From Octopus sinensis (Eukaryota), in contig NC_043015.1 of the NCBI RefSeq assembly GCF_006345805.1, forward strand, positions 23,250,001 to 23,314,000: a stretch of 64,000 nucleotides of DNA, in the 5' to 3' direction. Position 1 is the stretch's first letter. Each line of letters opens with the position of its first letter. Under the pieces are notes generated by a model that saw nothing but the letters and a program-made list of their open reading frames with translations, ran no database searches and was not told the DNA's origin. The position numbers were made by a program, and so were the translations under genes. This document shows positions 54,901 to 64,000 of the stretch, one piece after another.

Positions 54901-55778
54901 TGTTACATGGACTACATAAGCATTTCAACTTCGAGAGACGGACCGTGATGAAAACTGGCTGTTAAAATTCAAAACGATCTAGTTAAAAACAAAAAAAACC
55001 AAAACGCGTAAAAGTGACAGAATGAAAGATAAACATATGGCTTAGCAACAGCAACAATCCTCATCCACACAAGAAGTGGAAAGGAAAGGAATCACAACAA
55101 CAGCAAATGCGCCCACAACAAACACTACATCGACACCACCAAATCTAGCACCTTAAACACAAGCCATTCGACGCACAAACCACAACAACAATCACAGCCA
55201 CCACCACCACTACCACCAGAACAACAATAGTAACAGCAACAACAACAATATCAAAAACAACTGCAAAAACAAAGAAATTAAAGGCAGTAACATTACGAAC
55301 TACATGGCAATAAACTAAAAAACGATGAATTAATGAAATATATAATACTCACAAACATTTCACCGAAATATTTTGTCACACCCACTTTTTCCCAACGTGC
55401 GCACATACAAATCAATCAAACAATACAAAACATTTACACACACTTAGAAACCCAATTCCCACAGATAATTGAAGATTTTGGGGGAAATACCAAAGACAGA
55501 GCACCCATGGTTTTTATGGGGTTTTTCCACGTGCTGCCCTCAAATGTGTCCTCCATACTGAGGAATACATATTGTTGATCTCTTTGTTTAAAAAAAATTT
55601 AGTCTTGTTTACACGCAAATCCCTCTAAACTACAAAAGCTCACACACATACACACACGCATTTTTGTTTTGTCCTGTGCTGTCCACAATATTATTCTTCG
55701 TGTAAACCCTTGTGTTTAATAAATAAATCATCATCATCCCTATTTTTATTATTATTATTGTTGTTGTTGTTGTTGTTA

Positions 55779-55825
<47 letters not shown>

Positions 55826-55826
<1 letters not shown>

Positions 55827-55900
55827 GAAGAAGAAGAAGAAGAAGAAGAAGAAGAAGAAGAAGAAGAAGAAGAAGAAGAAGAAGAAGAAGAAAACGAAGA
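55826..55900. repeat. (GAA)n microsatellite following (GTT)n/(ATT)n
   Basis: Direct reading of the sequence. Confidence 0.95.
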
Positions 55901-55901
55901 A

Positions 55902-55942
55902 GAATTTCATGGACGGAAACTGAAAGAAGCCCGTAATATATA

Positions 55943-55978
<36 letters not shown>

Positions 55979-56222
55979 TGTATGTATGTATATGTGTGTG
56001 TGTGTGCGCGTTTATGTGTTTGTATGTCTGTGTTTGTCCTCCAAACATCGCTTGACAACCGATGCTGGTGTGTTTACGTCACCGTAAATTAGCGGTTCGG
56101 TAAGTGACCGATAGAAAAAGTACTAGGCTTACAAAAAATAAGTCCTTGGGTCGATTTGCTCGACTAAAGGCGGTACTCTAGCATGGCCCCGGTCAAACGA
56201 CTGAAACAAGTAAAAGAGAAAA
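55902..56222 (+). mobile_element. SINE family 2, head missing
   Basis: gacggaaactgaaagaagcccg...cgactaaaggcggtactctagcatggcc...gactgaaacaagtaaaag. Confidence 0.8.
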
Positions 56223-56803
56223 AAAGATACCGTTCCAAATGTTCGCTTGTCATTCTGAATGTGGCGTTGTTAGAGCTAAGGCATGAGCACTTAGACACGA
56301 AGGGACGAAAGCCGGTCAATGGGCCTATTATCCATTCAGGCTCGATGAAATGAACACCATAGGAGCACTAAGCCAAATGTTATCGACTAGCTCCCACAAA
56401 ATTTCAGGTCTTGACTTACAGTAGAAAACAGATTTTTATTATTGTTGCTGCAGGAATGTATCTTGAAATATATGAAATAATGCGGCATACTACTTCCACG
56501 GAAGCTGTATATTTTCAAATAGAAAAATCCACATTCTTGCGACAACTAAACCAATACCACAAAGTCATCCATTTCAGTTTATTATCCTATATGCTATAGA
56601 GTATATGTATGTTTTCAATATTATTAGCAGTTGTCCTGTTAATAGGGGTTATTTGCATTATATGGAAATATTAACACGACACCTAATATGAGTAGTACGG
56701 CCCATATTAATAACATTCGTATTGGCTTTTATATATGGCTGCATAGATGCATATATATTTATACAATTAGAGCGCTTCTCGATTATTATTATTATTATTA
56801 TTA

Positions 56804-56857
<54 letters not shown>

Positions 56858-57093
56858 GTCGTCGTCGTCGTCGTCGTCGTCATCATCAAGATCATCGTTC
56901 TTGTCGTTGTTGATAATAATGATGATGATGATTATGATGATTATGATGATGAAGAAAGCGACGAAGTTATCATCATCACCATCACCAGCAATACCATCCC
57001 ATCATCTTCATACTCGACCTAACATTGTATTTGGAGATACTGTTGGGGAAATATAAAGAAATATCACGAATATGCATGTATATATAATACATA

Positions 57094-57171
<78 letters not shown>

Positions 57172-57362
57172 AAATATCATATATCCATAAACATTCACAT
57201 ACTCACACACACATATATATATACATGCCTATATATTTACATAAAATGCATGTGTAACGTATATATGTGTGTGTGTGCGCGTGTGCGTTAAAATACATAT
57301 ATATATATATACATGCATACATATATATATATATACATACACATATATGTATGCATATATAC

Positions 57363-57400
<38 letters not shown>

Positions 57401-59149
57401 TACTGTATTGATGTGTGTGGGTATGTGTAACTTACGTGAATACAGATTTAAATTACAGTTGCTACTTCGTAAAGAACTTAACATTATTAATAGCATGAGC
57501 GAGGTTATATTTATATCTCATGCTGTGTCGTTTATATGGCTTCTGAAATTCCCCATTAAACTCAACACGGCAATGTGATCAATTCAGAAAGTTTTAAAAT
57601 ATATTCAAATATTGCTGTCTTATCAGTAACCTGTGTTTTCAATAGTGTTTCAGGTATTTGGGTAAGCATAACTTAATGGTTTAATGCCTCACTTCAAAAC
57701 TACGTAATTTCGAGTTCGAGACACAAACTGCTCTGTACTTCAGGTATTTTGTAGTCGAGCCAGTTATCGACAAAATCTTATAGATCTGCGTGGAACCTAG
57801 AAGGATGTTAAAATAATTGTTGTTGGTTTAATCCGCGACACAATAATTACGACTTTAGTGAATTTAGTAGAGGGCGTTTTGTTGGAAGATGGTTCTCTTC
57901 CCTGGGGTTACTTGACCCCACGACGACTACTACATAGAAACCCTCGAAAAGATTAATAAGTACCAACATTTTTCCTCTGATCATTCAGTTAACAAAAAAT
58001 TATTTCGTTTATATCATTCTGTATGTCTAAGATCCGGTTTCAAATTTCATTTGGTGGGGAGTTTCCTTATTCTTTCTTTTAGGTTCATTAACTCCATAGC
58101 ATTTAATTTAATCATGTTTAGCAAGTATCTTCTGGCGCTTCAACGATTGACAAACGATTAGCGTAGATCGCGACAGTTGTGCTAATACGTTAAATGTGTG
58201 CTTTTAGCGTAACACACTTTTCGCAACCTATCTAAATAGGAATACGGATATTTGTTATGTGTATGAAAATGTAAATACCTAAAGATTTCATAAAAGCCAT
58301 TAACTGTTCGAGCAAACAACCATTGAGTGATGATTGGTATACAGCCATCGACACAACACTATCTCTTTTATCAAACTGATCAATTCCCATAGATCATGTC
58401 CATCTATCTTAATATGTAACCGTTCGCATTATAAACATATGCAACCCTGTAAGATTTATGAGTGTTTCTTTTCCACATGACATCAACTTCCAGAAAATTT
58501 GTTCGGCGCTAAGTATGGAGGCACAGTTAATTACAGGTTTTGACATGGAATGTCATAAACACCGCTGAAACATATGTTGACTTTATTTCGCATGAGAAAT
58601 TAGGACTTAAATTTAAAGTGTTGTGTGTAATATCTCAGATATCTTCACATTTATCATCGCCTAAAATATACCCTCGCTTCAGTATAGCAATTTGGCTCTG
58701 ACAATAAATTTAGTTCACAACTTAAAACATGCATTTTTCATAAATCTTTATATCTCTTTCATAATAAACTTGTTCACCCCCAGCAAACATTGGCTACGTT
58801 GCTAGTCAATTCAGTTGAAATCATTACATGCCTTTGGCGGGGAGACCTGAGTACGGACGGTGTTGATTCCCGTAACTGTAAGGAAAATTAAAATAAATTT
58901 AGCAACGTTCTTTTCCCTTGTATTTTATGAACCGTGCATTAATTATGTTAGCATCTAATCAACATTAAGAAAACCCAGAAAACGTAAACAGATATTGAGC
59001 TCATTGACAAAGTGCTCAGTATAATTCTAGCAAATACTGGAATCGGAAAAGATACCTTAATGTGTAAAACATCTCAGATGTGGATGCGGAAGCAGGTTTA
59101 GCTTTTAAATTTCACTTGCTTCAATCATGGAATTGCGATCGGTCATGCT

Positions 59150-59490
59150 AAAGCAACACGTAAAGGGTTTAAGCGGAATAAATTTGACACCATTTCACAG
59201 TTCCTTAAGTCTTGTACTTATTCCATCGGTCTCTTTTGCCGAACAGCTAGGTAACTAGAGCCATTACAAATTTCGATTGGCGAGCAAAGGTGGGATACAA
59301 GCACAAACATGCACACACATATATACATACAAATACGTATATATGAATGGTATATACACAGTTATCATACAAAATTCACTGACAAAATTTTGTTAGGGCC
59401 ATGGCTATAGTCGAAGATACTTCTCCAAAATACAACCAGTCCCATAGTTGTGTGACGAGGTTCTTAACCACACAGACAGAGCTGCGTAAT
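59150..59490 (-). mobile_element. SINE family 2, highly degenerate
   Basis: Patchy matches: catcggtctcttttgccgaacagcta, ggccatggctatagtcgaagatactt and cttaaccacacag. Confidence 0.5.
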
Positions 59491-59844
59491 TATTAAGCTA
59501 TTATCTCTCATGATAAGACGATAACTCACAAGTAATTCATGATTAATTAATGAAAACCATAGAGATGTGATAACAGATAAAACTCACTTCGTATAGTGAA
59601 TATCAAAACAAACTCCTTTTATTCATTCCATTGTTCATGCTCAAATTAAAATCGGTTTATATCATTTTGAATGAAACTGCGGTTTTTGCTTATAAACCGG
59701 ATGATGCTTTTAAAAGTTTAGATTCTTAAAATTATGCTTATCAAGTGATTTAAAAGACTTACGTGAAATCGCCTGATTAATTTTGATATCAATCATCGTA
59801 AACTTTCGGTAACTTTCAAATCCTAAAACAAAATTATGTGAATA

Positions 59845-59879
<35 letters not shown>

Positions 59880-59970
59880 CAACAAAAACAACAACGATAA
59901 TAATAATAACAATAATAATAATAATATAATAATAATAATAATCATGATAATAATAATAATAATAACATAC

Positions 59971-60028
<58 letters not shown>

Positions 60029-60210
60029 TTAAAAAAACTTTTTTTTAGACATTCATTAGTACAACACCCCCACCCCCCAAATATATGGCACACTAGGCAT
60101 AACAACAACATGAATTTCCAGCCCTGTTGTCTCTTGAGGTCTCTGGGTGAGACTTGGAGCCAACTTGTACAAATATAAAGCAAAAGTCAAACATAGAATA
60201 ATAATAATAA

Positions 60211-61720
60211 CATACACATATTTTGGGATAAATGAAGGCTCTGGTATTCAGCATGCACGCATGAAAGAGAAGATCAGGAGGGAATGTTATAGGAGACTTA
60301 ATGCAGTCCTGAAATCTGAACTAAATACACGTAACAAGGTGTTAGCTATAAATTCCTTAGCAGTTCAAGTTGTTATTTATAGCTACAATGTGTTGAACTG
60401 GAATATGAGTGAAGTAAAGAATATACATAGGAAAATACGCAAGCTGCTGAGTTGTAATAGGATGCACCACCCAAAAGCAGACGTAGATCACCTTTACATT
60501 CCCAGAGCCCAAGGAGGTCGAGGCCTGATCCAATTTGAACTAGCTTACAAAACAACCACAATTGGACTGGGCAAATATCTCGAAATATCGAATGACTGGA
60601 TGCTAAAGCTCGTGGAAAATCACGAGAGACGAAAGAAGCTTCATTCTATCACAAAGGAAAGCAAAGAATGTGCTATTGATCTCGTACAGGATACCCAAAC
60701 TAAACAACCCGAAGGAAGTACGGCAACTATTGTTGCAAAGAAGGTGAAAATAATGTCAACGAAAAAAGCGCACGAGCAATTGGCTGATAGGTGGAAGGAG
60801 AAACCTCTGCAAGGCAAATATGTGGCCCGCAGCAAACAAGCTGATGTTGACCAGAAGCAAACCCATCAGTGGCTACGGAGCTCAGGGCTAAAAGCAGAGA
60901 GCGAAGGTTTCATCCTGGCTGCTCAAGAACAAAGGCTATTAACCCGGAACTACCAGGCCAATGTGATGAAAAATGGAGCAGACCCAAAATGCCGATTCTG
61001 CAACGACATGATTGAAACAGTTGACCACCTAATCTCTGGATGTAAAGTCTTTGCACCAGTGGAGTATAAATTAAGACATGACAGAGTTGGCCAATATCTA
61101 CACTGGCTAATAAGTCGGCATTACATTATCAAAACTGCCGACAAGTGGTATAATCACCACCCTGAAGCTGTAACTGAAGGAGAAAATGTAACGATTCTGT
61201 GGGACTTTCCAGTACACACAGACCGAACCATCAAAGCCAATAAACCAGATATTGTTGTGAAAGACCAAAATAATAAAGTTTGCTTATTGATCGACATGAG
61301 CATCCCCTGTGATCATAATATCTCGCCGAAAGAGCTTGACAAGCTCAGAAAATATAAAGACCTGCTCATTGAAACTGAGAAAATGTGGCATCTCAAGGCG
61401 GTTACAATACCAGTGATCGTAGGAGCATTAGGAATGATCAAGAAGGGAACCGAAAATTATATGAGAATGATCTCTGGCTTACCATCCCTGTAAGAAGTGC
61501 AAAAGATTGTCCTAACTGGTACATCACACGTATTGAGAAGAGCATTTTCGATGTGAGAACTATTACTACCCATGTATTTTAATTTAACTTAAAAAAAAAA
61601 TGAACGAACTATTGAGTTTAGTTTAATGGCCTACTAATGTATACTATGAGTTTCTTTGCCCTAGGAGTCGGGAAGACACTCGGCAAGAATTGAAGCAAAT
61701 TTGAAAGAAGAAGAAAAAAA
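60211..61720 (+). mobile_element. Dong/R4-clade family C, 5'-truncated
   Basis: ORF 60147-61493 has GGRGL, WLRSSGLKAESEGFILAAQ, CRFCNDMIETVDHLISGC, RHD, KPDIVV, IDMSIP and KLRKYKDL. A premature TAA is followed in frame by EVQKIVLTGTSHVLRRAFSM* (stop 61554-61556). Then a 3' UTR and a short (TAA)n tail. Confidence 0.92.
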
Positions 61721-62169
61721 TAATAATAATAATATGCATTAATGAGAAATATCAGAGAAATTCAATCGAATGTATTAACATCGAATTGGAAAGTCTTTCG
61801 GAAACGTATTTTCAAAATGTTTCGCGGCTAAGTGAATTTAGTTCTTGGTTAAATAGAAACTCGTCATAATGGCGAAACGAAATTCTGTTTTATTATTTTC
61901 GTCTGCCGTTGGTAGTCATTGTTCACAGCAAAATGAAATAGTTACTATGTCGATATTTGATATTTTGTATATCAAAATTGTCCGAATGGTTTGGTGAGAA
62001 GACAACATAACATGTACTATTAGTAGCATTACTGATATAGGTATGTGTGTGTAAGTTTATGTATGTGTGCGTGTGTGTGTATGTATTATATGTAGGTATA
62101 TATGTATGTATGTGAATATATATATGCACATATATTTGCGCCTTTAAGATGATTTCGATAGGTATGCAT

Positions 62170-62232
<63 letters not shown>

Positions 62233-63290
62233 TGTATATATATATATATATAAGATTTATAAATAGGCTATTTTAAATAAATGTATACATACATGCATAT
62301 ATATATATATATATATATATATTCTTATTTACATATATACACGCAAATAGATGTTTATCTGTGTAGGTGTGTTTATATGTTTGCAACGCGAAACAGTCGC
62401 ATCGAATTACTGTTACTAATTAGCGAGAAATAAGTTTGTTTTTCATTGACAAAAAAATGTATTAAATAACACAGCCTGGTGATTGTTCAAATCTATCCTC
62501 TTGTTGGATTACAAAAACCTGAATATAATAAGGTTAGACGCCGTAATTTCTAATATATTCATACAATAAAATAACGTCCGGAGTAGTTGCAGTCAAAGAG
62601 AGTAAAACGAATCTCTCAGCTTGAAAGCCAGCATTATTGGTTTATTGAAATGTGGCGTATCATTCATTTCTTTTCTGTCTCTTTCTTTGTTTGTTTTTCT
62701 CTCTTATTTCTTTTACCCCTTCTTACATGATAGTCTTGAATAAATACTGCCTCTTATGGTTCCAAACTGTCTATGAACGACAATAAGAAATATTACTACT
62801 TTAATTTTCGATGAGATTACAATGCTATCCAATAAATACTTTTACGATTCTAGAACTTTCTTATGAGTTAAGTTCATTTATAAAAACACACACACAAACA
62901 CATACCACAAACGCATACATATTTGACCAACATATACATACTTACACAAAGACACACATACACAAACACATATACATATGGATAATTGCGGCAGTGTACT
63001 GGTTATTTTAGTACAGCGGAGTCAATAGATTTTACGAAGGTATGCTAGTAAAATATATTAAGTGTGCATGCGTGTATCTATTAACTTGTGCTAACCTATT
63101 GCTACATGAATACAATTAAACACCTTATCTGTGAATGTATTTCCTGCGTGATGTGTTGATATATATTTTACTAAGAGCTGTTCTTTAATATTCATGACAA
63201 CGGGATAATGGACTTTCAGTACATGTGTGTGAGCGTGTGCTTCTATGCATATATATTTTTATTTATACATACATACATACATTGATACAT

Positions 63291-63386
<96 letters not shown>

Positions 63387-63538
63387 CTGTATATATATAT
63401 ATATTATATATATTTAATTCTCTCAATCTTCTCATCCGTTTATCTAGCTATCAATATATAGACATACATATATATATATATATGTATATATATATATGTA
63501 TGTATATTTACATATACATACATATATACATATATGTA

Positions 63539-63577
<39 letters not shown>

Positions 63578-63601
63578 TACACAATATATATATATATATT
63601 A

Positions 63602-63635
<34 letters not shown>

Positions 63636-64000
63636 CATTTATATATATACATATATATATATATATGCATGTATTTATGTATGTATATACTCATACACGC
63701 GCACCTCCTTGTGTGTCTGCAAGTAAACTATGAGATGAACTCTGCGCAATATTTCCTTTACTGACTTGCTACTAAATGCTTTCCTTTTTTACAATATCTT
63801 TATAAAGAGGGAAATTTCTTGGAGCCTAACATTCTCTAAATATGATATTATGTATCAAATGTCAGTTAGTTGTAATAAAACAAAAACAAACAAATAAAAG
63901 GAAAATTGATCAATTGAAAAGCCAGCATAATTTATAAGAATTTATTTTCAGCATCCAGTTAATATACACAAGATTTTATGCATATACGCACATGTAAAAA

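Overview
AT-rich, microsatellite-saturated eukaryotic DNA, intergenic or intronic. The SINE types and repeat load suggest an octopus or other coleoid genome (inference, not provable here). I found no supportable host gene, and most ORF-track entries are microsatellite translations. Three mobile systems dominate. (1) A full-length but broken DD37D (maT-type) Tc1/mariner element at 2355-3620. (2) Many Dong/R4-clade RLE non-LTR retrotransposon copies of several families, all in or beside (TAA)n arrays, plus six copies of a non-coding ~555-bp unit that is always co-oriented with them. (3) The most striking signal: about a dozen type I hammerhead-ribozyme motifs from roughly seven sequence families. 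They sit in short non-coding units ending in (TA)n, mostly as divergent fold-back inverted repeats, and two loci contain 485-490-bp tandem monomers. These resemble Penelope-like pLTR or retrozyme elements, and a Penelope-type GIY-YIG relic lies beside one motif. tRNA-derived SINEs are scattered throughout. All structures were read by eye and coordinates are approximate to a few bases.
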